Source: an uncultured delta proteobacterium
GTDB lineage: Bacteria; Myxococcota_A; Polyangia; Polyangiales; Polyangiaceae
Direction of reading: 5' to 3'
DNA: 64,000 nt
NCBI GenBank assembly: GCA_963782055.1
Contig: CAWAIF010000003.1
Location: forward strand, 6,656,001-6,720,000
Made by a program: the position numbers and the translations under genes. Shown here piece by piece: positions 19,013 through 27,480 of the stretch. The stretch's first letter is position 1. The number at the start of each line of letters is the position of its first letter. Below the pieces are notes generated by a model. That model searched no databases and was not told where the DNA came from. It saw only the letters and a list, made by a program, of their open reading frames with translations.

Positions 19013-20412
19013 GAGCGTATCGGTTCGCAGACCACCACACTCGCAGGGTGCTCGCCTTTGGAGCGGCGGCGCTCGTGCTCCCCTTCTCGGCGGTCTCGGT
19101 CGCCTTCGCGCAGGACCAGGGCGGCGGCGGCAGCGCGCAGGGCTCGGCCGCCGGCGGCGGCGGCGCGGAGCAAGGCGCCCCGACGGTGACGACGCAGACG
19201 CAGTACTTCCCCGGCGGCGTGCTCCCCCCGCCCGCCGGCGTCCCCCTCGGCGGCGGCAACAACACCAACTCCTCCTCGCAGACCTACAGCGGCAACAAGG
19301 AGGACACCTTCGACAGCGACCCCAACGCCAGCACCGGTGCGGGGACCATCTACGGCAACCCCAACGGCGGCGCCGACTTCGGGACGCAATCCTCCGGGTC
19401 CATCACCGTTGGTGGAGGCCCCGTGCCGAACGTCTACGTCGTCAAGCGCGGCGACACGCTGTGGGCGATCTGCGACACCTTCCTCCACAACCCGTACCAG
19501 TGGCCCCGCGTCTGGTCCTACAACCCGCAGATCCAGAACCCGCACTGGATCTACCCGGGCGACCAGGTGAAGCTCCACTCCGGCGGGATCACCGGCGCCA
19601 CCGGCCCCAGCGCGAAGCAAGGCGGGACCATGCCGCCGGGCAACGGCAGCTTCATCGACCGGCGCCGCCGCGTGGTGCCGCAGACCGTCTTCCTGCGCGA
19701 CACCGGCTTCATCGCCGACGACGAGAAGGACAACTGGGGGGAGATCTCCGGCGCCGCCGTCGACAAGATGTTCCTGACCGACACCGACCAGGTCTACCTG
19801 CGCATCGGCCCGGAGCACGACGTGAAGCTCGGCCAGGAGCTCACCGTCTTCCGCCCGGTGCGCAAGGTGGGCGGCGGGCAGCTCGTGCAGATCCAGGGCA
19901 CGGTGCGCGTGGACCGCTGGGACCCCAAGCAGCGCGTCGCGCGGGCGCAGGTGGTCGAGTCGCTGGACGTCATCGAGCGGGGCGCGCGCATCGGCCCGGT
20001 CGGTCGCAAGTTCGACGTCGTCGCGCCCGTCCGCAACCAGAAGGACGTGCAGGCGCAGGTGCTCGCGAGCGTCTACCCGCACAACTTCTACGGGCAGAAC
20101 CAGGTGGTCTTCATCGACAAGGGCGAGAAGGACGGCCTGCAGGTCGGCAACCGCCTCTTCGTCGTGCGCCGCGGCGATGCCTGGGAGAAGAGCCTCGCCA
20201 GCAAGGTGGCGGGCCTGCGCATCGCGCTGGAGAGCAACTCCCCCGCGGAGGTGGAGAAGCCGCCGACCATCGCCGAGTCGAAGGCCCCGCCGGAGGTGGT
20301 GGGCGAGCTGCGGGTGCTCTCGGTGCGCGATCACACGTCGGCGGCGCTGGTGACGCAGTCGACGCGGGAGATCGAGCTGGGCGACGACGCGGTGGCGCGC
20401 AAGGGGTACTGA
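19009..20412 (+). CDS. LysM peptidoglycan-binding protein (TsaP-like)
   Basis: Signal peptide, YVVKRGDTLWAI, WPRVWSYNPQIQNPHWIYPGD; ATGA-coupled to cpoB. Confidence 0.85.
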   Translation: MRAYRFADHHTRRVLAFGAAALVLPFSAVSVAFAQDQGGGGSAQGSAAGGGGAEQGAPTVTTQTQYFPGGVLPPPAGVPLGGGNNTNSSSQTYSGNKEDTFDSDPNASTGAGTIYGNPNGGADFGTQSSGSITVGGGPVPNVYVVKRGDTLWAICDTFLHNPYQWPRVWSYNPQIQNPHWIYPGDQVKLHSGGITGATGPSAKQGGTMPPGNGSFIDRRRRVVPQTVFLRDTGFIADDEKDNWGEISGAAVDKMFLTDTDQVYLRIGPEHDVKLGQELTVFRPVRKVGGGQLVQIQGTVRVDRWDPKQRVARAQVVESLDVIERGARIGPVGRKFDVVAPVRNQKDVQAQVLASVYPHNFYGQNQVVFIDKGEKDGLQVGNRLFVVRRGDAWEKSLASKVAGLRIALESNSPAEVEKPPTIAESKAPPEVVGELRVLSVRDHTSAALVTQSTREIELGDDAVARKGY

Positions 20413-20430
20413 AGAGAGAGAGAGAGAGAG
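20413..20430. repeat. (AG)9 microsatellite at the left edge of the island
   Basis: agagagagagagagagag immediately after the LysM stop codon. Confidence 0.9.
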
Positions 20431-20437
20431 GAGGGAT

Positions 20438-20626
20438 GCCCCTCCTCGCGTGTGCTCGGGCCCATGCTCGCTCGCACGCGCGCCGATCGATGGGTGCAGA
20501 GTGCACGCGCTCCGGCACGCGCGCGAGCTTGCGCGTGGGCCCTGCGCGCACGCGTCCTCCCCACGGTGTCGCGCTCCGCGCGCCACACGGGGAGGAGGGT
20601 GCGCCGCGCGGGGCGGACCTCGGCGC
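20438..20626 (+). repeat. Left copy of the 189-bp inverted repeat
   Basis: Collinear blocks shared with the reverse complement of 28171-28359, e.g. ctccggcacgc, gccctgcgcg, tgtcgcgctccgcgcgcca, cggacctcggcgc. Confidence 0.9.
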
Positions 20627-20675
20627 AGGGAACCGGGCGCGAGCGCGAAGCGCGGGCGCGAGGGCGGGCGGCTGG

Positions 20676-20717
20676 CGATCGGCGACGTTGCCGAAAGATC
20701 GGCGACGTCGCCGATCG
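20676..20717. repeat. Double 16-bp palindrome element, copy 1
   Basis: cgaTCGGCGACGTTGCCGA-aaga-TCGGCGACGTCGCCGAtcg; near-identical to 27017-27066 in inverted orientation. Confidence 0.9.
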
Positions 20718-20720
20718 GCG

Positions 20721-21407
20721 TCACTCGACGGGGACGCGCGCCTTGGCCAGCGAGCGCAGCACGTCACCGAAGAGGCGCACGGGGATGCGGCCGATCGTGA
20801 CGTGGCCACCGGCGTAGTGAACGGTAACCTCCTTCGCCGACGCAGGGACGTGCTTGACGATCTCCGTCACGACAGGGCTGCGCTTCGCCCCGGTCGCGCC
20901 CGCCTTGCGCACCTTCTTCGTCGCGTCCCGGAGCTGCGCCACGGTCGCGTCGGCGAAGGGCACCGTCCCGGCGCCCCTTGGGATCCGGAGCTTGCCGAAG
21001 TCCACGGGGATGCGGCCGCTGGCCGGCTTGCCGTGCTTCGCCTCGAGGTAGTCGACGACCGCGTCGATCTTGCTGGCGCCGTAGCGCTTCTCCTCGTCGG
21101 GCGAGGCGTACCTCGCCACGCGCGCGCTCCGCAGCACGTTGCGCACCGTCTCGTTCGGGAGGTACTTCCTCACGAAGTCGCCGACGGTGGAGACCCCGCC
21201 GGCGAGGTAGAGCGGCGGGTTGTGGTCCAGGATCTCGCCGACGGCCTCGTACTTGCGGTCGAAGGCGAACGCGTCCTCGCGGTCGGCGCGCCGGAGGGCC
21301 GAGAGGGACGCAGCCCAGGCCTTCTTGAGGGACTGGTCCACCTTCACGGCGACGGTGCGCTGGACAGGGCGTCGGGGCTTCGCGGCCCTCCTCTTCGTGG
21401 TCGTCAT
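20721..21407 (-). CDS. Basic hypothetical protein, putative DNA-binding (DUF3102-like helical region)
   Basis: Lys/Arg-rich; LYLAGGVSTVGDFVRKYL..VRNVLRSARVAR resembles HTH-type DUF3102 proteins (family assignment tentative). Confidence 0.55.
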   Translation of the reverse strand: MTTTKRRAAKPRRPVQRTVAVKVDQSLKKAWAASLSALRRADREDAFAFDRKYEAVGEILDHNPPLYLAGGVSTVGDFVRKYLPNETVRNVLRSARVARYASPDEEKRYGASKIDAVVDYLEAKHGKPASGRIPVDFGKLRIPRGAGTVPFADATVAQLRDATKKVRKAGATGAKRSPVVTEIVKHVPASAKEVTVHYAGGHVTIGRIPVRLFGDVLRSLAKARVPVE

Positions 21408-21477
21408 GCGGCGGAGTGTCGCGAGAAGCGCCGCTCGGGGCAAGCCCCCGATCGCGCTCACGCCAGCGCTCGCATTC

Positions 21478-21493
21478 GCTGATCGCGATCAGC
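21478..21493. promoter_or_regulatory. Perfect palindrome GCTGATCGCGATCAGC, candidate enhancer (UAS)
   Basis: About 65 bp upstream of a sigma54-like promoter; same core occurs twice at 26066-26111. Confidence 0.55.
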
Positions 21494-21555
21494 CCGCCGC
21501 CGCACCCGGCGACGACAAGCCCGCGAGAACACTGGGCGCCGGAGGCAAGCGCGGC

Positions 21556-21571
21556 TGGCGCCCAGGTTGCA
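21556..21571 (+). promoter_or_regulatory. Sigma54 (-24/-12) promoter candidate
   Basis: TGGCGC-CCAGG-TTGCA fits TGGCAC-N5-TTGCW with exact GG-N10-GC spacing, upstream of ATG 21665. Confidence 0.65.
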
Positions 21572-21664
21572 ACCGGTGCTTGCGGCGCCCTCGCGCCGGC
21601 CCCCCCCCGTGGGGGGGGCAGCCAACCACGCGGCCGATGTCCGCGTGCTTCCCAGGAGCTTGCC

Positions 21665-23030
21665 ATGAAGAACGAACACCAAGCAATGACGACGCCGATT
21701 CGATGCCCGAAGTGTGGAGCCGAGCTCGGGCTCGACGCCGTGATCCGCGCTCGAGATCGCCCGCGACATGGAAGGGCAGCTCGCCGAGCAGCGGAAGGCG
21801 GCCGCAGCCACGGAGGCCGAGCTCCTCCGCCGCCGACGTACGATGGAGGAGAGGGAACAGGAGATGCTCCTCGACATGGAGCGACGTCTCCACGAGAAGA
21901 CCGAGGCGATCCGCGCGCAGGAGGCGAAGGTCGCCGTCGAGCGGGCGCGACGCGACGCGGAACAAGGGATGCAGGAGAAGAACCGCGAGCTGGCCGAGAT
22001 GCAGGCTCGTCTTCGTGGCGCCAATGCCAAGGAGGCCGACCTGCTCCGGCGTGAGCGGCTCGTCATCCAGCGTGAGGAGCAGAACACGCTGGAGGTGGAA
22101 CGCCGGATCGCAGAGGAGATGCAGCGGGTTCGCAAAGAGCAGGCGGAGGCGGCGGAGCAGCGTCAGGCGCGGGAGCGCGACGAGCGCGCGCTCCGTGAGG
22201 AGGAGGACCGGCAGCAGAAGGCGCTCCTCGAGAAGAAGATCGTCGAGCTGGAGCACCAGCTGCGCAACGGCCCGAACCACGTGCATGGGGAAGCGCAGGA
22301 GGTACTGCTCCAGTCCGCACTCGCGCAAGAGTGGCCCCACGACGCCGTGCGCGACGTGCCGAAGGGTGTCGCCGGCGCCGACGTCCTGCATACGGTCCGC
22401 GGTCCCCATGGTGAGGACAGCGGCACGATCGTCTGGGAGAGCAAGCGGACGAAGGAATGGTCCAGGGCGTGGATCAGCAAGGTGCGACGCGATCAGACCG
22501 CGGCTGGCGCGTCGCTCGCCGTCATCGTCACCCGTGCGCTGCCGGCTGGCATCCGTGGCTTCGGGTCCCACGAGGGCGTGTGGGTGTGCGAGTGGCCGTA
22601 CGCGGTGGCGCTCGGTGCGGCGTTGCGCGCGGGCCTCGTGGAGCTGTCTAGTGCCAGGCGCGCGGCGGAAGGTCGGGGAGAGAAGACCCAGGTGATGTAC
22701 GAGTACCTCACCGGGCCTGAGTTCAAGAACAGGGTGGAGGGATTGCTCGATGCGTTCAGGGAGTTGAAACACGACCTCGAGTCGGAACGACAAGCCACCG
22801 AGAGGCGCTGGGCGCGTCAGGATCGCCTGCTCCAGCGCGCCAGCACCAACGTCGTCACGTTCTGTGGGGACATCGACGGCATCTTGGGGGCACGCCTTGT
22901 CGGCAAGCACCGGGACGCGCTCGCCAGCGGTGATGAGGGAACCCCGCGTACCCCGTCGGCGAAGCTCCTCCCCCGCTCGAGCGCAGCGCTCGTGGCACGG
23001 CCGCCGCGACGCCGGAAGCTCGCCCGCTGA
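21665..23030 (+). pseudogene. DUF2130-family coiled-coil / PD-(D/E)XK-like protein with a +1 frameshift near 21752
   Basis: RBS AGGAG and N-terminal IRCPKCG knuckle in one frame; body (HGEAQE, VPKGVAGADV, IVWESKRTKEWS, YEYLTGPEF) in another frame from 21768. Confidence 0.8.
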
Positions 23031-23172
23031 TCGATGACGACGCCCTCGTGAGCCATCATGCCGAGTGACGAACGCGGCCAGCCCAGCCACTCGACGCTGG
23101 AGCTGGCCGCGTGGGCTCGTCTTTGGAGCCGTGGATGTGCATTGCACGCTATCCTTCCCGGTCGTGGATCGC

Positions 23173-24714
23173 ATGGGTTGGGTCGGCGCGACCCTCGAGG
23201 GCAAGTACCGGATCGACGCCCTCGTCGGCGAGGGCGGCTTCGGTTGCGTCTACCGCGCAGTGCACCTGCGGCTCGGCACGCCGGTCGCGGTGAAGTTCCT
23301 GCGGCCGGAGCTCGCGCTCGGCTCCGGCGACGCGGCGAAGTTCCTTCGTCGCTTCGAACGCGAGGCGCGAACGCTCCAGAACCTCTCGCGTGCCACGACG
23401 GGCGTGGTGCAGGCGCACGACTTCGGCGTGGCCACGTCGCCCCGCGGCGAGGAGACGGCATACCTCGTGATGGAATGGCTGGAGGGACACACGCTGTCGG
23501 ACGAGCTCGCCGCGAGACCGCGGCGCTCGCTGACAGACGCCCTCGAGCTGCTGTCACCGGTGCTCGACGCGCTCGCGGTGGCGCACGACATGGGCATCGC
23601 ACACCGCGATCTGAAGCCCGCCAACCTGATGGTGTGCCGTGTCGGCGGCCGCCCCACGGTGAAGGTGCTGGACTTCGGCATCGCGCAGGTCCTGGGGCCG
23701 GAGCACGAGGCCACGTGGATCGGCGTCGGCGGCAACAACACGCGAGTCTTCTCCCTGGCGCACGGCGCGCCGGAGCAGTTCGATCCCGGCCTCGGTCCCA
23801 CGGGCCCGTGGACCGATGTCTACGCGGTGGGCCTCCTGATCCTCCAGCTCGTCGACGGTGAGCACCCCTACGCCGGCGACACGTACGCGGAGCTGCGCGC
23901 CCAGGCGCTCGACCTGGAGCGACGCCCGGCCCTTCGATCCGACCGGAGCATCGACGACGTGATGCGGCGAGTGCTCGCCGTCGACTGGCGGAATCGGCCG
24001 AGGACTGCCGGGGAGCTGCGCGTCGAGCTGACGCGGGGCGAGGGCGAGGACGACCTGGGCCCGCCCACCTCCAGGATGCCGTCCGCGCCGGTCGCCCCGA
24101 CCCCGGCCGCGCCCGTCCCGCCTGCGCTCCTCGTACCTGCTCGCACCTCATCGAGTCACCCGCTCTGGACAATCGTCGCCGTCGGCGCCGGTATTGTTTT
24201 CCTCCTCCTCGCCGTCGGTGGCGCGATGGCCGCCAGGCTGCTCCTTCAAGGTGGGCGAACGACCAGCTCGGCTCGCGATGCCGCGCCGACGAGGGAGACG
24301 CAGGCTCGCGACGTGCTGAAGCAATGGAACGACGCCGAGGACAGGCACGACATCCCCGAACTTGAGTCCATGTACGCGGACCGCGTCCACTTCTACCATG
24401 CAGATCTCACCCCCCAGCAGTGCGGCGACAAGCTGCGAGGCCTGTATCGTGCCTACCCCGGCTTTATTCAGCAGGTCCATTGGGACACGGTCACGGTCGA
24501 GTCGCTGGAGAGCTCCGCCGGGGCGCGCGTGTCGTTCGACAAGACCTACCCGACGAAGACCGGCGTCAGCACCGTGCGCGGGTACCTCGTCCTGGACGGC
24601 GAGATGAGGATCGTCGAGGAGAGCGACGCGAGGACGGATTCTGGTGCTCGATCCGACGGGCTCGAGGGACCACCGTCGGTAGAAGCCGGCGCCACGCAGG
24701 CGGCCATGCGCTAG
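23173..24714 (+). CDS. Membrane Hanks-type Ser/Thr kinase with an extracytoplasmic NTF2-like domain
   Basis: GEGGFG, VAVK, HRDLKPAN, DFG, APEQ, one TM; C-terminal QWNDAEDRHDIPELESMYADRVHFY..RIVEESD is NTF2/SnoaL-like. Confidence 0.9.
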   Translation: MGWVGATLEGKYRIDALVGEGGFGCVYRAVHLRLGTPVAVKFLRPELALGSGDAAKFLRRFEREARTLQNLSRATTGVVQAHDFGVATSPRGEETAYLVMEWLEGHTLSDELAARPRRSLTDALELLSPVLDALAVAHDMGIAHRDLKPANLMVCRVGGRPTVKVLDFGIAQVLGPEHEATWIGVGGNNTRVFSLAHGAPEQFDPGLGPTGPWTDVYAVGLLILQLVDGEHPYAGDTYAELRAQALDLERRPALRSDRSIDDVMRRVLAVDWRNRPRTAGELRVELTRGEGEDDLGPPTSRMPSAPVAPTPAAPVPPALLVPARTSSSHPLWTIVAVGAGIVFLLLAVGGAMAARLLLQGGRTTSSARDAAPTRETQARDVLKQWNDAEDRHDIPELESMYADRVHFYHADLTPQQCGDKLRGLYRAYPGFIQQVHWDTVTVESLESSAGARVSFDKTYPTKTGVSTVRGYLVLDGEMRIVEESDARTDSGARSDGLEGPPSVEAGATQAAMR

Positions 24715-24723
24715 CATGGCCGG

Positions 24724-26070
24724 ATGGGGACCGAGAAGCCTACGGAGGAGCTCACGGGGCCCGCGAAGGGCCCCGCCGGCGCCGGACCTCCGGGACTGAT
24801 CATGGTGTATCCGGAGAAGCGCGCACTCCGGGTGCCCATCGACGAGCCGTGCGGCCGCGACTGGCTCGGTGCCGAGGGCACCAAGGCTTCTCGGCGCCAC
24901 ATCGTCTTCACCAAGGCGGGCAGCCGGCTGACCGTCGAGGATGTCGGCTCGCGTAATGGTACGTGGGTCGACGGAGAGCGGCTCCTCGAGGGGCAACCCG
25001 TTGACCTGGAGAATGGTTCGATCCTGCGCATCGGCGCCGCAGTGCTCGTGTACCGAAGCTCCTTCGGCCTCCCTTACGAACCCGACGCGCCGCTTCAGGT
25101 CCGCGAGGGCCCTTTCCGCGAGCTGATGAGCCCTTTCGGAATGCGTCGCGCCAGAACCGAGATCGATGCCATCGTGTCTCAGTCTCCGACTCCCAGGAGC
25201 ATCCTCATCGAGGGCGAATCGGGCACCGGCAAGGAGTTCATCGCGCGGTATCTCGCCGAGCGCTTGCACCCCGGGTGCCCCTACCTCCCAGTCAACGTCG
25301 CCGCCATCTCGAAGGAGCTGTTCGAAGCGGAGCTGTTCGGGTACGTCCCGGGAGCGTTCTCCGGCGCGCGCGCCGGAGGAAGGAAGGGATACGTCGAGGA
25401 GTGCAACGGCGGCACCCTGTTCCTGGATGAGATCGGAGAGCTTCCCGTCCAGGCGCAGGCGAAGCTGCTCCGCTTCCTCGACAGCGGCGCGTTCCTTCGC
25501 GTGGGCGAGACCAAGGTCCAGACGGCGAACGTGCTCGTCATGGCGGCGACGAATCGAACCCTCGACGACGAGGTCCGCGAGAAGAGGTTCAAGCACGACG
25601 TGCGCGCGCGCTTCCAAGCGTATCTGAGGCTCCCGCCGCTTCGCGACCGACCGGAGGACATCTGGGACATCGCCCGCACCGCGATGCCTGAAACGCCCGC
25701 GGAGGCCCAGGCCGTCGAACGGCTCCTGCTCGAGAGGTGGGGGAAGGGCAACATCCGGGAGCTCCTCAGCACAGTCTCGCGGAGCGTGGCGTCGCAACGG
25801 GCGTCCTTCCCGGGTGTGCCGCCCGCTCTTGCACATTGGGCCGTCGAGCAGACCCTCGCTCTGGCACACGGAGCTGTGGAGCAGACCGCCGATCCAGCAA
25901 GACGCGCGTCCCTGCTCACCCCCGACCGGATCCGACAGGCGCTCGCAGACGCGGGCCAGAACATCACCCACGCCGCCCAACGGCTCTCCACGCCGGGGCA
26001 CACTGTCACCATTGGGACGCTCCGCAGGCGAATGAAAGAGTTCGGGATCAAGCGGGAGAGCTCGGGCTGA
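24724..26070 (+). CDS. FHA-domain sigma54-dependent enhancer-binding protein
   Basis: FHA (SRRH, DVGSRNGTWVDG), Walker A GESGTGKE, GAFSGA, Walker B LFLDEIGE, GNIREL, Fis-like HTH (NITHAAQRL). Confidence 0.92.
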   Translation: MGTEKPTEELTGPAKGPAGAGPPGLIMVYPEKRALRVPIDEPCGRDWLGAEGTKASRRHIVFTKAGSRLTVEDVGSRNGTWVDGERLLEGQPVDLENGSILRIGAAVLVYRSSFGLPYEPDAPLQVREGPFRELMSPFGMRRARTEIDAIVSQSPTPRSILIEGESGTGKEFIARYLAERLHPGCPYLPVNVAAISKELFEAELFGYVPGAFSGARAGGRKGYVEECNGGTLFLDEIGELPVQAQAKLLRFLDSGAFLRVGETKVQTANVLVMAATNRTLDDEVREKRFKHDVRARFQAYLRLPPLRDRPEDIWDIARTAMPETPAEAQAVERLLLERWGKGNIRELLSTVSRSVASQRASFPGVPPALAHWAVEQTLALAHGAVEQTADPARRASLLTPDRIRQALADAGQNITHAAQRLSTPGHTVTIGTLRRRMKEFGIKRESSG

Positions 26071-26111
26071 TCGCGATCGCCAACGCGGGCGGTCTAGCTG
26101 ATCGCGATCGG
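26066..26111. promoter_or_regulatory. Two direct copies of GCTGATCGCGATCG, candidate tandem UAS
   Basis: Copies start at 26066 and 26097, 31 bp apart (about three helical turns). Confidence 0.55.
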
Positions 26112-26175
26112 TGACCACGACCCCGCCCATGACGCAACCTGTCGGAACTCCTCGTCATCGTCCCGTCCGGTCGCG

Positions 26176-26191
26176 TGGCACGCGCCGTGTA
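26176..26191 (+). promoter_or_regulatory. Sigma54-like promoter candidate with an imperfect -12 element
   Basis: TGGCACG-CGCC-GTGTA: consensus -24, GT instead of GC at -12; predicted +1 falls just before ATG 26204. Confidence 0.45.
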
Positions 26192-26203
26192 CTGGGTCGC
26201 GGC

Positions 26204-26500
26204 ATGACCTCGTCAGCCGCTTCCCGTCGCCTCACTCTTCACGACCAGATCCTGCTGGCCCTCCGCGCCGACGACCACGACGCGGCGCGCGTCCTCCTGC
26301 GCCGCATGCTGCTCCTGCTACCGCTCGAGGACTGCCGCGCGCGGGCCGACGTGCTCGTCACGCTCGCCTATGTCGCCATCGAGGGAGGGCGCGCGCAGGA
26401 AGGCCGCGCCATAGCGAACCTTGCCCTCGCGCTCGTTCCCGGCCACGCCCTGGCCGAACGCGAGCTGGAGCGCGCCACCCGCGGCGTGGGCATCCGATGA
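26204..26500 (+). CDS. Small TPR-like helical protein
   Basis: ADVLVTLAYVAIEGGRAQEGRAIANLALALVPGHALA resembles one TPR; ATGA-coupled to the hicA-like gene. Confidence 0.55.
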   Translation: MTSSAASRRLTLHDQILLALRADDHDAARVLLRRMLLLLPLEDCRARADVLVTLAYVAIEGGRAQEGRAIANLALALVPGHALAERELERATRGVGIR

Positions 26501-26973
26501 GCGGCCACGGAGATCCGAGAAGTTGGCGCGAGCTGCGCACCGAGCTCCGGAGCCTGGGCGCGCGCAGCGTGCGAACGAAGGGCTCTCACCAGGCCTGGAG
26601 GTTCGCGGACGGGGAGGTGTTCGTCCTGGTCGTCAACCACCTCTCCGACCCCGTACCCGGAGGCATCCTCGCGGAGTTTCGTCGCCTCAGGCGACGCCGC
26701 CTCGGACCTGCCCGCGAAGAGCCACCACCAGCCAGACACGCGAGAGCACAGTGCTCGGGCGGTCGATCCGGCAAGAAAGGAGAAGTGATCATGAGCAAGG
26801 GAAGCAGCGGCGGCAGAGGAGGTCGCGGTGGGCCGAAGGGCGCCGGTGGCCCGAAGGGCGCCGGTGGCCCGAAGGGCGGCAGCGGTCCCAAGGGCGGCCA
26901 GGCCCACGGCGGCAACTACCCGAGCACCACGGGAAACGCCTCCGGAGGCGGGCGAGGAAACACGCCGAGGTAG
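26497..26973 (+). CDS. HicA-like mRNA interferase domain, reading through into a Gly-rich tail
   Basis: RELRTELRSLGARSVRTKGSHQAWR..VVNH..PVPGGILAEF matches the HicA dsRBD pattern with the GSH catalytic His. Confidence 0.7.
   Translation: MSGHGDPRSWRELRTELRSLGARSVRTKGSHQAWRFADGEVFVLVVNHLSDPVPGGILAEFRRLRRRRLGPAREEPPPARHARAQCSGGRSGKKGEVIMSKGSSGGRGGRGGPKGAGGPKGAGGPKGGSGPKGGQAHGGNYPSTTGNASGGGRGNTPR
26791..26973 (+). CDS. 60-aa Gly-rich basic peptide with its own RBS
   Basis: AAAGGAG upstream of ATG 26791; four 18-bp units encoding GGPKGA-like repeats (26827-26898); ends NYPSTTGNASGGGRGNTPR. Confidence 0.55.
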   Translation: MSKGSSGGRGGRGGPKGAGGPKGAGGPKGGSGPKGGQAHGGNYPSTTGNASGGGRGNTPR

Positions 26974-27016
26974 CGGCAGGCACGGCGGCATCCGGACTGG
27001 CGATGTCACCGTCCGC

Positions 27017-27066
27017 ACCGGGATCGGCAACGTCGCCGATTTTTCGGCAACGTTGCCGATCCCGGT
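27017..27066. repeat. Double 16-bp palindrome element, copy 2 (long hairpin)
   Basis: accgggaTCGGCAACGTCGCCGA-tttt-TCGGCAACGTTGCCGAtcccggt. Confidence 0.9.
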
Positions 27067-27169
27067 ACGCCGTCTCCGTCTCGGATGCCGGGCGCGGCGC
27101 CCGCGTGCCAAACCATGAGGCGCCGTCGAACGCATTTCCGTCGTGGCGGGGACGCCCCATACTGAAAGC

Positions 27170-27480
27170 ATGACTGCCTAGGCGGTCCAGGCGCGAGCAG
27201 AGCCGATCGTCGTCTTCCGCAGCGTCAATCGTGACGGCGAGACGTACGCGCTCGAGCCGCGCTCGTTGGATCGGCTTCGGAAGGAGCTCGGCGCTGCCGT
27301 CCACGCTCGGCCTCGCATCTTCATCGCGCACGAGACGCGCGCAGACTACGAGCACATCCATGCCGCCATCGTCGAGCAGATCATCCAGTTGCTGACCGGC
27401 GTCACGGAGGAGCGGCTCCGCCCTCTCGGGGGCGTCATTTTCGGGATCCTGTGACCGAGCGGGATCTCCCACGGGCGTAG
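27170..27480 (+). pseudogene. Small hypothetical gene with an in-frame TAG at codon 4 and a probable 3' frameshift
   Basis: ATG ACT GCC TAG then open frame AVQARAEPIVVFRS...; adding one T at attttcggg gives VIFRDPVTERDLPRA*. Confidence 0.5.

Noticed and set aside
18957..21482. Long alternative-frame ORFs (this 841-aa ORF and many similar Arg/Ala/Pro-rich ones)
   Set aside because: Shadow ORFs expected at very high GC; they overlap well-supported genes and have no motifs
26791..26973. RiPP precursor
   Set aside because: No modifying enzyme, protease or transporter nearby
26789..27479. C-terminal extension of the PD-(D/E)XK frame down to 26789
   Set aside because: It runs antisense through another ORF and the palindrome with non-coding-like composition; the true end is uncertain
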